The position numbers and the translations under genes are program-made. Source: Lepidodermella squamata (lineage: Eukaryota; Animalia; Gastrotricha). Taken from it: a stretch of DNA of 64,000 nt. The stretch lies in the NCBI GenBank assembly GCA_047495785.1, contig JBLDXI010000001.1, positions 4,216,001 to 4,280,000 of the forward strand, given 5' to 3'. Within the stretch, counting starts at the first letter, position 1; each line of letters starts with the position of its first letter. Of this stretch, positions 51,425 to 63,809 are shown in pieces. Below the pieces are notes generated by a model that was given only the letters and a program-made list of their open reading frames with translations, had not been told where the DNA came from and did not search any database.

Positions 51425-54400
51425 CTGAAAAATTATTGTAACATTTTAAGAATTAAAACTGGATTTGAAAATAGCAAGCGAAATCGCAAGAAAAATTGCG
51501 TTATTTTTGTGATAGAGCAAGCAACAACCATATAAGACCTAGAACCCAATTTTTTCGATAAGGATTCCACCGTCTGTTTTACTGATATAAAATCAGAAAT
51601 ATCCCCGAAACAGCTTTTCATATGCCAAAAATATTTTCAGACTTGTGCATATAATAAAAAGTGGCGTTATTCTGCTTGCTAAATCGTAGCCACATATGCT
51701 ACATCGTAGTATGCCCCAGGTATTAATACTTATGCTAATAAAGACACAGAAAAACACCTTTGTAAGGTGATGATTCAACGAGCTGTTGCGTCAAACATGA
51801 ATAAATAGCGTGACTGTCAAAGACTTGAAATTAGCCACTCAACCGTGAAAGGTAGAAATTATTTTAGAGATAAAAGCCAAATATTGGCGGGTCACCAAAA
51901 TTTGCCAATTTTTTTTATGGAAATCGACCCTATTGAGCAGTTGAAAATTTCAAAAAATTCAAATTTCAAAATTCCTAGAATTAATTTTAACTTTAATTTT
52001 ATTTAACTTCAAATTTTCTGTTCAAATTTTTCTCCGGAGAGAAATTCAATAGCTTGGAATTTTGTTTTATAATTTTTGTGACATATTTTTGCAAGCATTT
52101 AAAGGCTAGGTAGACGACGATTAGATGAGAATATAGTTTTGAAGCAGAAAAAGCCTTACGCAAGCCATGTTGAGGTGGCGAGCTTGGTGGTAAGCATAGC
52201 GAGAGCCGAAACCGAAGCGCAGCCAGTCGGAGCTCGACGAGCTTGAGCCGAATTTCAGAAACATTAACCGATCAAGCTCGAAAAGTCACAAAATCACTCA
52301 ATAAATTTACAAAAATACTATCAATAATTAATATAACAAAATTCAACCTATAATGAATTATAACAACAATTTCAAAATTTTTCCAGATTAAATGGTTTTT
52401 AACTGAAAAATCTTCAAAGGATGCGAGGAGAAATAATATTTTAGATAGCAGAATCAGAGTGCCAATAGATGTGACATGGTAAAAAAGCTCATAAAAAAGC
52501 ACATAGTAGTATTTTCTGATCTGGTGCGCTGCATGGGTCTGAAAAAATCCATAACACGGGCTATATTCATATATTACTATAGGGTGAATAGAACAGCTAT
52601 GAGCACGCAAAAAAGCTACTATTAGTACGCACATTTATATACGTCGTAGTACTACAACACAGAGTGTATGATAACGTGTAGAAAAAAACCAGCGATGAAT
52701 CAACGGAGTGAGTCATCATTTCGTTGGCACTTGGAAATGCTAAGACTAATTGATAGAAAATCACACTTACAACGTGTTATCAACCCGATAGCGGGAACAT
52801 TTGAATTCTCCATCTTTTTTTTCATCTTCGAACGCCATTGTTAAATTTGATTGAAAAGTCGCGTGCTGCGTTTAAAAACGGGATTTCGAATGAAACGCGT
52901 GTGAATATTCGCGATTGACGTGTTAAAGGCGAATTATTCGAGGCCATTCATTTAGCTGAGGTTTGAACTATTATTTGCACTACTATAGAATTGAGATTCG
53001 AGCACCAAGTTGAAGCTTACCATATCATAGCAATCAGGCTTTTTTTAGTTTAGCACCTTGTACCATCAACTAGGTAAAATCTGTAAATGCCGGCTTACAA
53101 GACTGCTGATATCTAAAAATCCACTGAAATTATTAATTGAATTTGATACCGGCTCTGCAAACTGAGGCAAATTTATAGATATTCAGCCTGTCTCATAAGT
53201 AACGCAAGCAAGAAAATTACACTGTAAAGGGTTCAGAAACTCTAAAATGAGATAAGTCACATCTCATGACCACAAAAATTGTAGAAAAATTCGAAAAATC
53301 ACAAGAATAGTAATTAAGTAAGTCGAATGTTAATGAGCTGAAAAAAAGTCCGGAGAAATTTGGTCCGACCGGGTAAAATTACCGAAAATTACCGAACATT
53401 TTAACATCGGGGTTTTCCGGTTTTTTTTTGGTTTTTTTCATTTTTTAGTAGAATATAACAGTAGAACCAGTTTAGTAGAACCAGCATAACCGGCATCGCG
53501 CCAGTCACATACAAAATCAACGCCTTCAAATCAAAAATGTTGTTCGGATCAAGGTATAGGTATAGGAATCCAAGAATCGTCCCTCTTCAAGTCAGCACAC
53601 TTCCGATTTGCTGGAAAATACAGAAAATACGCCAAACTGCACTTTTCACTTATTTTCGGTCATATATTATTAAATTACGACGTATTATACCTATATCAGC
53701 TAAACGTCATAAAATAATGCAGCCCAATTTAGAGCGATATTGCCTATCGCCTATCAATTGGGATGAATTTCTTCTGGCTAGGAAACAGTCTAGAGCCATG
53801 AGTGTCCGAGAAGACAAAGAATCAAGGAGCTGCTCTTTGAAGATTCCAGAAACTCAAAACTTATTTTCAACTTAAAAAATATTAAATTTCCACTGTATAT
53901 ATCGAAACAGTTTGAAATACACGATATTATTAGGTTCCACAGAAAAACAGAAAAGCTCTGCCCGCATAAATGTGAAAACAATCTCTCACACATAGATGTT
54001 GATACCTTATAGTTTACCTTAAGAAAATGTCTTACTTACCTCGAATATCGAAATTTTCTGCTAGCAATTGTTAAGCTCACTTGCCGAGCTGGGATTTGGA
54101 TTTGACTTGAAAGAGACCAGAAAAACCCATCAACACATGCAATCAACGCAGTGTATCGTTTAATTTCAATACTTCAAGCAGTCAGCTATGACTTCGCGAT
54201 AACATATTACATTATAGTCGATTTTACACCAGCCTTTATTTTCTTGTCACATGTACGCTAGGTGCAGCTTCATTTTACCATTAATTTTATCTGTATTTCA
54301 TTTCTTTCGTCTAATAAAAACGGCGAACATCGCCTTGTCAAGTGGCCATTGTTTTTCTCATCAATCATCGGAACGGCGGGGTCTTCGCAGCTGAACTGCT

Positions 54401-54588
54401 AGGCGGCAGACAAAATTCACGGAAAGATAAACGTCACCAGACAGCAGATGTTCAAATCATAACAATATGATGGAGAGTTGGGAAAATTGCTTGTCACCGA
54501 GCCGTTAAATACTGCGATCAGGCGCGTTAGCTCCATCATTGCTTCGTTTCAATCATAAAATTTCTATTGACCTTCAAGTAATTAAATA

Positions 54589-54897
54589 ATGACAACCACG
54601 GCAAATATCGCGATTTATTTGGCATTCGCCGTTATGCTGGCTCTGCTGGCTACTACATCCGCGCAACGAATTCCGAAGGGTTACGAACAAGTAACCGGCG
54701 GCTGTGAAGGACATCTGGACTCATTCACCCCAAAAAACGTAGACGACTGTGCCAATAGCTGCAATAAAAACAAGAGCTGCTATGCTATATTTTACATTCA
54801 GTTCTTTTGGTCTGCCCCCAAATGTTCGCTCTTTTCGAAGTGCGGAAAGGACATTAAGAACCCGGCAAAGATGGTTTTCTTCAAGAAAAGCGGCTAA
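54589..54897 (+). CDS. Small secreted 6-Cys mini-PAN-like protein
   Basis: Signal MTTTANIAIYLAFAVMLALLATTSA; GGC-x14-C-x3-C-x5-C-x14-C-x5-CGKDI...FFKK. Paralog of the 39523 gene. Confidence 0.82.
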   Translation: MTTTANIAIYLAFAVMLALLATTSAQRIPKGYEQVTGGCEGHLDSFTPKNVDDCANSCNKNKSCYAIFYIQFFWSAPKCSLFSKCGKDIKNPAKMVFFKKSG

Positions 54898-55288
54898 ATA
54901 CGAATGCTTGGACGTTGTGGTGATGCGCAGCTGAGAGTTCCATATCGCGGAGAAGTTGAAAATTTATTTGCCAGATGAATGTAGAGATGGCTTTGCTTCT
55001 AAATAAATCATTTGCATTTGAGTCAAAATGTATTGCCGTTTTTATCTCATCTTCCGAATCCAAGTGTACTTCGAATAAGTTCGATGATGCTAATGCCTAT
55101 ATCGAAGTATCGACATGTCCGAAAGCAGACCAAGAGTCACACCAAGAAAGTATTGATCAGCACCACAAGCCACAATTAGAGAAACTAATACAAGGAGATA
55201 TTATTTCGAATTAAGGCTGTAACGCTCGATTGAAATTTTGAAGACTTGGAACATCTTAAATGTGTTTGGTTTCGTATAATAATTTTTA

Positions 55289-55554
55289 CCGTCAAATGGG
55301 GTGCGACTTTGACAGATTTTCGGGGTCACTTTGCCATGCCAAATGGGGTCACTTTGGCATGGCAAATCTCGAAGGTATCCAGGCTGTTATCCCTTGAGTA
55401 GGGTACCGTTGATAGCCAGCATATCCAACGGCACCCCGCCATCAGCACCCTGATCAGCCATCAGGTTACCTTCGACACTTAACATGCCCAAGTCACCCCA
55501 TTTTGGCATGACAAAGTGACCCCAAAAAACTGTCAAAGTCACCCCATTTGACGG
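55289..55554. mobile_element. MITE (TA|CCGTCAAATGGGG...CCCCATTTGACGG|TA)
   Basis: Long TIRs with internal ggggtcactttg repeats and TA TSD; a short related remnant lies near 60668. Confidence 0.8.
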
Positions 55555-56720
55555 TATTGACTATTGACAAATATTGTTTTGACCATCAGCCATCAGCCTT
55601 CGCTCCTTCGCTTCGTTCAATTTCCGTTGATTTCCGTGATTGGATTGACGACGCAATTGGGCCTGAGATCGAGATAAAAAGAACTTGCAGCAGTTGATTG
55701 CCATCAGCCAAATTAAGTCATGGCCAAGTCATGGCAGTACTTGATAAGCCAAATTTGGCTGATCAACTACTGCCACCTTAAATTTGACAGCCGGATGGTT
55801 CTAATCGCCATAATGCGATGGGCTGAATTTGATGAGGACAGCCAAAACTCAAGTAAAAATCGAAACGAAAATCGATATAAAGATATTCTCGGGTTTAACT
55901 TTGCTGTTTTGTACTTTAGATTGTAACCCATTTTCCTATATATCGCGTTGTAAATTACGTTAGATTGTACCCTGTAAGCATCAGCAAAGTTAGAAATGTT
56001 AAAATAATGCGAGATCAAGGTTGCGGCATTATGAGCTTTGGGCCTCAAAAAGCCAAGAGAATTCGTGTGTCAGAATTGGGTATTATTTTTGCCCATTGTT
56101 ACCCGCTCAGAAAGAACTACCTAAAAATAGATTACGAGTAGGTTTTTCATCTAAATTTAGTTTTAACATCAGTCAAGAATTACGTCCTCGGCGCATCCTT
56201 GTTAATGTTAGATCGGCATATCACAACTATCAGGGCCGGATCATCCATTGGGCAACTTGGGCAAGTAAGGCAGTTGCCTTGGCGCCCGATGCAAATTTAG
56301 ACACCTCAGATAAAAAACCGCAGGGGTAGCTATTGACTATACCAGTGAGGGTCAGCGGGCCCGATCTGTAATTTGCCTTGCGGGACCCTTCGTATTATAA
56401 TTATCGATAATTATGAGAGACGAGAAGAAGAGTGTTCTACTTATTTATGGCCTGTATGAAATGTTGGATGTCCGTGATTGAACACCAATGCGTTAAATGC
56501 TTGGTTGGTCGTGTTGTTGTCCGTTACATCGGCGGTCCGTTACATCATCGCCTTTTGTGCGCTCATGCCTCTACATCTAGCGCCTGGACCAGCTGTTTAA
56601 AGACAAAAATGAAAAACTACGGCAGATCACTAACGCAAATGGTAAGCGGTAGATTATATGTTCAGTTATACCATTTCACTTCTCAAGAGTAATATATTTT
56701 TCGATAATTAATTGACAGCG

Positions 56721-56969
56721 ATGGCTATTAGCAAGGCAGCATTTGTCATGGCACTCGTCGTTCTCGTAGCAGCAACTTCCGAGGCAAAGCTGATTGGGCA
56801 AGTAAATGGCATCGCGAGCAAATGCGTTGGCAAGGTCGAAACTGAGAGCGGCATGAAGGTTGCCGCAAACTGTTATGCACGCTGCGACCACGCACCAACT
56901 TGCAGCAGCTACGAGTTCAACTCAGCTAAAAAGACCTGTACTTTTTGCTACGGAAAGCTCAAACGTTGA
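56721..56969 (+). CDS. Small secreted 6-Cys mini-PAN-like protein
   Basis: Signal MAISKAAFVMALVVLVAATSEA; C-x15-C-x3-C-x5-C-x11-C-x2-C. Confidence 0.8.
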   Translation: MAISKAAFVMALVVLVAATSEAKLIGQVNGIASKCVGKVETESGMKVAANCYARCDHAPTCSSYEFNSAKKTCTFCYGKLKR

Positions 56970-57171
56970 GCAACTTGTTCAGCCCAGGCTGCGAGGACGA
57001 GCCAGCAATCAGATTTGAAAAATTGCATTCTAATATTTCAGTAGGTATGCTTTGAAGCCTCTTATCCACTATATTTGTGTTGGTGATGGGCATGGGCATG
57101 ACAATAATAAATTGCGTGATTTGCTGTGAAATTAACATGCGGTTGTGTTGCATTTGCTATTAATACGCTTA

Positions 57172-57790
57172 CACTATCTGGACAAAAAGATTGCGCGCGA
57201 TTTGATTGGATGACCATCTGTCGCAGCGGTTGGGCATGGATTGGTACTGGTTTTCGATGATTTATTGACCAATAGCGTTCCATTCCTCTTCGACGGCTGT
57301 TTCAAGGTCATCCTCTGGCTGTGGAACACGCTGGCGTAGACGCTGTTTCATCACCGCCCATACATTTTCGATAGGGCTCAAGTACGGATAGTAGGCGGGC
57401 CAGCTCTTCAAACGTCGCACGCGGTTGCGATTGAGCCAAGCTGTAACGGTTTTAGCGCGGTGAACGGGTGCGTTGTCGTCCAAGAAGGCTTTCGGCCGGG
57501 CGACACAATAGAATGCGACATAATAGCGAGGAGCCCCAAAATAGCGAGGCACAAAATAGAAAGCGAAAATGTATCTTGCCCAGAATAGCACGCGACATAA
57601 TATCGAAAGCTGCGACACAATAATCGAAATAGAAGGCGGCACTGTGGCGAATATTAACGGCGAAGCGCGAAATAACGCAAACATGAAAACAGACATTATA
57701 TCGAAAATAGGAGTCGTGGAAGCTTTAGTTTCAACGATTCTATAGACTGTACGCTGGGGCAATCCAAGCCTTTCGGCAGTCATTTTTAGC
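57172..57790 (-). mobile_element. Internally deleted Tc1-family transposon remnant
   Basis: C-terminal DDE region DDNAPVH...WPAYYPYLSPIENVW and an N-terminal HTH-like TAERLGLPQRTVYRIV. TA|CACTATCTGGACAAAA terminus at 57170. Interrupted by a cgaca/cgaaa tandem repeat. Confidence 0.8.
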
Positions 57791-57887
57791 TAGTTTATTC
57801 ATTAGCCCCAAGTCCACCGTCTGCTAACAGGCCGATTTCCAGGAGATAAGAAATTCTGCTAATCAGGATAAGCTTTAGGATAAGATT

Positions 57888-58648
57888 TAGGATAAGCTTT
57901 CCTAAAAAATGTGGATAAGTATTGTCGACTTTTTTGAAAACTTACGATCACTCAACCATGAGGTTTCCCGAGCTCGTATTTTGACCATCAACAGACGAAC
58001 TTACATGAATGATTTAAAAAAGCTCCTGAGCTAATTCATCACCGTTATCGAACCATCGCTGCTCAAGGTTTAAAAAGGGAACAATTTAAAACCTCTCGAC
58101 GGTGCCCTCAATTTGCATAAGAGTTTCACTTCTAAACGAGCAAAATCACTCAATTTGGGCGATGTCGAGCGACCACTTTGAGGAAGTGTGCTTTGAAACT
58201 GAATTTCTGCAAATTGGAGGCTACTCATACGATTTGGCGATTTTCTGCTTATTCTGCAAAATCACCTATCGGCACTGCTGCTATTAGTATATTATGGCCG
58301 ATAGCGTGTTAAACGTGATGAGTACTTCAAGATGCTACTTCCGATTTATCATATGCCGAATCATCTGGAAAATTGAGGTCATCCGATAACTACTTCGCTA
58401 GTAGCCAACTTCCTTTATGACGAAAAAAGTTCAATCTCTTTCCATCGATGGCTCTTCCCTTTTTAAACCTTGAGCAGCGATGGTTCGATAACGGTGATGA
58501 ATTAGCTCAGGAGCTTTTTTAAATCCTTCATGTAAGTTCGTCTGTTGATGGTCAAAATACGAGCTCGGGAAACCTCATGGTTGAGTGATCGTAAGTTTTC
58601 AAAAAAGTCGACAATACTTATCCACATTTTTTAGGAAAGCTTATCCTA
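57888..58648. mobile_element. Non-autonomous DNA element with near-perfect TIRs of about 193 bp
   Basis: 57888-58080 is the reverse complement of 58456-58648. Confidence 0.85.
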
Positions 58649-58848
58649 TTGTATTCTATGTATTGCCGTGCAAGGCGCCCTGGTCAGCTGTTTAAAGAAA
58701 AAATTAAAAAACTACGATAGATCACTAACGCAAATTTCAAGCGGTAAATTAATTGAACTTTAATCATTTTATTCCTTATACATTTATTCTATTGTAAGAT
58801 AGGTAAGTATTGTGCTTTATCGTCTTAGAAGGAGCCTAGAAGCTAGAC

Positions 58849-59571
58849 GTCCCAGACCGGCATTTGGGCTGCAGAACAACGCCGAACACAGGGGTTGAAA
58901 ATGTCAGCTGAACAAAGGGGTGAAATCGAATTGTACTGACTAGTTTGGCTTTTTTCCGCAAATTTGTTCGGACTTGTTCGGAGTTCTTCAAGGAAAATAA
59001 TTTCAGCCAAAAAAAATAAAAATGTGCGATGGCTGTGGGAATTGAACCATCGTTCTCGCACTTTTTACTCAGCCTCTCTCACCACTAAGCCATCTACTCT
59101 CTTGAAATTAGTGACCGATTTCTTGCTATTTAACTGAGTGGGTGCAAATCGTAACTTGGAAACTATGATGGCTACGAAAATTCTGAAAAAGTCATTAGAT
59201 TCAGCGTGTCCGCTTTCATTTTCTTTATGGACTTTCTTTGCTGACAAGAGCGCAGGTGCCCACCGATGTTCAGTATTGAGTTATTCAGTTAAATAGCAAG
59301 AAATCGGTCACTGATTTCAAGAGAGTAGACGGCTTAGTGGTGAGAGAGGCTGAGTAAGAAGTGCGAGAACGATGGTTCAATTCCCACAGCCATCGCACAT
59401 TTTTATTTTTTCTGGCTGAAATTATTTTCCCCGAATTTCCGAACAAGGACGAACAAATTGGCGTTAAAAAGCCGAACAAGTCAGTACAATTCGATTTCAC
59501 CCCTTTGTTCAGCTGACATTTTCAACCCCTGTGTTCGGCGTTGTTCTGTAGCCCAAATGCCGGTCTGGGAC
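58849..59571. mobile_element. Foldback element with arms of about 290 bp, each containing a tRNA-like Pol III A/B box unit
   Basis: 58849-59138 is an imperfect reverse complement of 59285-59571. A box ggcttagtgg (59331-59340) and B box ggttcaattcc (59374-59384) are mirrored at 59038-59092. Confidence 0.8.
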
Positions 59572-59699
59572 CAGCTGTTAAAGACAAAAATGAAGAGCTA
59601 CGGCAAATTGCAAGCGGTAATTTAATTTCACTTGATCATTTTACTCCTAAGAAGTAATTCTTTTTTCGATAATAGGCTGATAAATGTTGACTTGCAGCA

Positions 59700-59944
59700 A
59701 TGGCTATTAACAAGGCAGCATTTCTCATAGTGCTCGTCGTTCTCGTAGCAGCAACTTCCGAGGCTAGGGAGATCGGGCAACTGGCATTGCGAGCAAATGC
59801 GCTGGTATGACCGATGTTGAGCCCCGCATCAAGTTTGCCAATGACTGTTATTCCCGCTGTAACCACGCGCCAACTTGCAGCAGCTACGACTTCAACATAG
59901 TCAAACAGACATGTACTATGTGCTTCGGGCAGCTCAAAATTTGA
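59700..59944 (+). pseudogene. Frameshifted duplicate of the 56721 secreted Cys-rich gene
   Basis: MAINKAAFLIVLVVLVAATSEA, then a net 4-nt deletion (gggcaagtaaatggc to gggcaactggc). The remaining Cys pattern continues in the shifted frame. Confidence 0.75.
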
Positions 59945-61832
59945 GCAGCTCATTCCATCCGAGCTGTCAGGAAGAACCAGCAATCAGCTGAAAATTCCAA
60001 ATTCTACTATGCGCCATTTGTCATTATACTATAGACCATAGAGCTTGCTATTCGGTATTTTATTTCTGCTTGTGATGGGTCAGATAATATAATAAAAGTA
60101 TATTATTAGATGTGCAATTACACGCGCAGCCCCGCTATATTCGCGAAAATTGGCTTCTCAGCGATCAATCAGGTCTCAGCTGGGATCTCTCAATGGGTAA
60201 TCCATAAAAAAGAACTGGAAGTCCGTTCGCGATCCTTCTCGCCTTATTAACATTAGAAAAGCCCGAGAAGCGAAAGCTGCCGATCAAAGGAAGCCAGGAA
60301 GCGCAGGAAGTGTTGCGGCATGAGGTGTCGAGGTTTAACGTTGAAGAATGTTAAGAATATTCAGAGCTAACCCCTAATTTTGAAACTCGAAAACCATTTT
60401 TCAAGCCATCTTTGCAGCACTATCCGCCTTGCCAACAACAGAGGTCAGTCAATCCGAACAGCGGGGAACTTAGGTTTAGGAGAGCAGCCCCAACCCCTAA
60501 ATACAATGCATCTTTTCTGTAACGAAACTCCTTAGTACCACTTGGAAAAATGTGTCGCAAGCAATTGGCGTTTTTCCGATTCTCCGGAAGATATGGCTTA
60601 AGATTAGTCGGAATTGGAATCCAAGAGCCCATCAACGTTTTAGTCTCTTCGAAGACATGGTTATATTACCGTCAAATGGGATCATCTGGATATGCCGAAA
60701 TGAGGCGATACCTGGATTATCAAGAAGTGACGATGGTACGGTAAAGGAGTACGGTAGTACATCAGTTCAAAAACATTTCGGGACATGAAATAACAAATAA
60801 ATTTATAGGAAACGATTTAAAAGTTTCCAGTTTTAACAACTCGGTGACTGCTTAACGGAAGCCGCCTGATCGAAATGGAAATCATTGCTCTACCTCCAAG
60901 CAATCCAACCGTACCCGCCCCTTCATGATATTTTCGCCTAACCTTCAATCTCAAGGACTCAGAAGTCCCGCATCAAGTTAACGCATTCAACTTTTTATTT
61001 TGCCGAATTTCTCAGTTCTCTTTGCCCGACATAGTATAACAAGTAGTTTGAAGTTAACAAGAAACGTAATGGATTATTTGACGTTGAGTTAACAAGGAGA
61101 AATTTCAACAATCTATATCGCACACTAAAACAGATCAGGTTAAATTAAACGCCATCAAAGAAAACGAGCACGCCATCAAAGAAAAACCAGCTAATTTTGA
61201 CACGCGAAAAAAATATAACTCGAATTTAACAACTGTCGCTAATACTGGCGAAATTAAATTGTCGAAAATATGAAAAAAATATCGATATCAATTTCCATAG
61301 CTCCATAGGTTTTTGACTCCATATAAATCGACGTACGTGACTTGAATTGAATAATGCTAGAAATTTGACTTTCATGCTTTCGAATCTGTCAGACCAGAAG
61401 TTTCATGTTAAGATTGCTGTCATCATCAAAAAATATATTTGGCATATTACGTCAAAACGGGTGGCTAAAAATCAAAAAGTTTGCATAATAATATGATTAA
61501 ACACAAAAATTAGTGCTACAAATATCAAACTGAAAATTCCAACGTTGGTTCAAAGACTTGAGATAATAAAAGGGAGAAAAATAATTGCCATCAGATCGAA
61601 TTTTCATCATGTCATTTTCACGAGTGAGCGATAAATAATTATTTAAAAAAATATCCAAGAGTTCATCATGCACGTTTTACACAAAAAATATGTTGTTTTT
61701 TGACACTTGAGGAGGATCATAGGTGTGTAATTTTTTTTCTAGGATTTTCTTTACGTAGTCTCCTGAAATCTCTTAGATTATCACGCGGAAAGTCACATTT
61801 TTAGTCTTTAATTTTGTCCGTTTTCATTTCGG

Positions 61833-63809
61833 TCACACTTTGAGGTCGTTCGCTGATGGATCTCGCGAGGGTGACACAACAACAATCGAGGGCGCCAGTT
61901 CCGGTTTGTTCAATGGCTCCATTTCACACTTGTTCTTCGCCTCCTTCTCAGGGCTCATGCGCTGCTTCGAATTGAGCCGTTGCCAAATGGTTGTTCGGCT
62001 CATTTCCGTCGTTATGTTGACCTTGTCTTGTAGCGGCGCCTGGCCTGGGGCGAGGCGCGACTGTTGCCGGCTAAAAGCGGCGGCCGACGCTGAACAACTC
62101 GGAAGTTGCGTCGACGACATTGCCCGCTTAGCCTCGGGAGAATCCTAGCAAATAAGAAAAATCAAATTTAAACCAGGGCATTTCAGGTTGGATTCGAAGC
62201 ATCCAAATTCTGTAAAAATAACTTGAAGAACCAAAAATTTTAAGATAAATCTTAGATAATTTCCCATTGAAATCGGTCTGTTTTAGATTTTACGATTTTC
62301 ATCAACTACCCAGTGAAACGAGGATACATCTTTTCTCGATCTGAGCTTAGCGAATCACGGCCAATCTGCTGTGGTGTACCCCGAGGTTTGTCGCTTTTAA
62401 TTTTCTACGCTGCAGATGTGCAGCCGAAGGATTCGAGACCCAACGATGGCTCCCTTCGAGTTGAGAAAGGCACATTTGCCGATTAATTTTGAATCGAATA
62501 TGTTTCGGGTAATTTTCTAATATGGAGTTATCTGTGAACGCTTATAATAGCCGCAACGGTTCAGAAGATAACTCTTTCCCGTGGATATATATAAATACGA
62601 AGTAAAGCTGACCCATTAAAATCGCAAAAAAATTTCAACGCCCTTTTTAGGGTCAGGTTCCTATTTTAATTAGGATACTGGGCTGAAAAATCAAGTCGAA
62701 GTTGTTGGTTATTTTATGCTTACCTTGTGAGCAGGCTGCGAGCCTTGAATAGCCAGCGGATTCTTCGGCAGCACGTCGTCGACCCAGCGCAGTTCGTCCT
62801 GCGTGAACACGTAGTCGAGCAGTTTGCGAATAATCACCATTATCACGAGCTGGCGAGAAAAATTGGCAAAATTAATGATCGATCTAATTTTTTCATTCGA
62901 CAAAAAAGTCCAAACAATTGCACCAATAAAATGTGGGTTTTACTTATACATCAAGCGTCTTGGCGCTCACTTTTCCGAATGTTATTTCAAATTTTTCCGC
63001 ACAAAATCAAACAATAAACGGAAAATCTCAAAATCTGCAAGTTTCTTGCTGTTTTCTTCAAAATAAAAGAGAAAAACTTCATTTCCCCAACAATTCCCTC
63101 ATAGATAATGAAAATTAGCATTTTTCAAAGGTAAATTTCTTATGAAAATTCCAATTTAAACAATTTGAAAAAAACAGTGTGAAATTTTTTCCGATTTTAC
63201 CGAAATTTTAGATTTGTCGATCGAAGCCCAAATTTTGCGCTTCGATAAATCACTAATATTTTATACAATTTCTGTTTAGCTGGAATATTTTCTTGTTTTG
63301 TTGTTTCTTACCATGAGCGGGAAGGCGATCGATATCTCTTTGATTTGCTTGATGATCCACAGGAAAGCGAACGACGCCAGCTGGATGGCGGTGAACAGGT
63401 GCACGCGCCACGTTTTCATGTGCCGCAGGTACGGCGAGTCCGGCTGGTACTTGACCGGCATGAACACGAGCATGATTCGATCGAAAAACTGCGAGCATTT
63501 GAGGGCGGAGACGCCCATGAACAGAAACACGCCGTACAGCACGGGCATGGGTATGTACTCGAGGATGCCCTTCAGCGGCACCGAACAGCCGATTAGCAGG
63601 AAAATGCAGAAGCCGGTCATGCGTTGCTCGCGGATGCCGAGGAATTTCGGCTGTTCGCCTGGTGCTGAGGTTTCGGATTGTTTCCGCAGCGAATTGACGT
63701 GGTTGATTGCGAGAACGGTGGCTGCGACGAAGTAGGGCAGGCCGAAGGTTGCGCAGAACATGATTTGCAGCGTTAGGACGAAAAAGTCCAAGTGATAGCC
63801 ATTGCCTTT
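61833..63809 (-). CDS. SLC4-family bicarbonate transporter (Na-coupled NBC/NDCBE-like), 3' exons only
   Basis: Exons 63809-63312 (KGNGYHLD...VAATVLAINHVNSL...APGEQPKFLGIREQR...IPMPVLYGVFLFMG...FMPVKYQPD), 62849-62724 and 62144-61833. The gene continues beyond the window. Confidence 0.92.

Noticed and set aside
1198-55026. Recurrent TGAGTCA/TGACTCA (AP-1-like) sites, some upstream of genes
   Set aside because: About ten occurrences in 64 kb is near chance expectation for a 7-mer on both strands.
57500-57715. Short repeats with variable spacers, superficially CRISPR-like
   Set aside because: Degenerate tandem repeat in a eukaryotic Tc1 remnant. No constant repeat, uniform spacers or cas genes.
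59322-59398. Possible bona fide tRNA gene
   Set aside because: A and B boxes are present, but I could not fold a convincing acceptor or anticodon stem. Treated as a tRNA-derived repeat.
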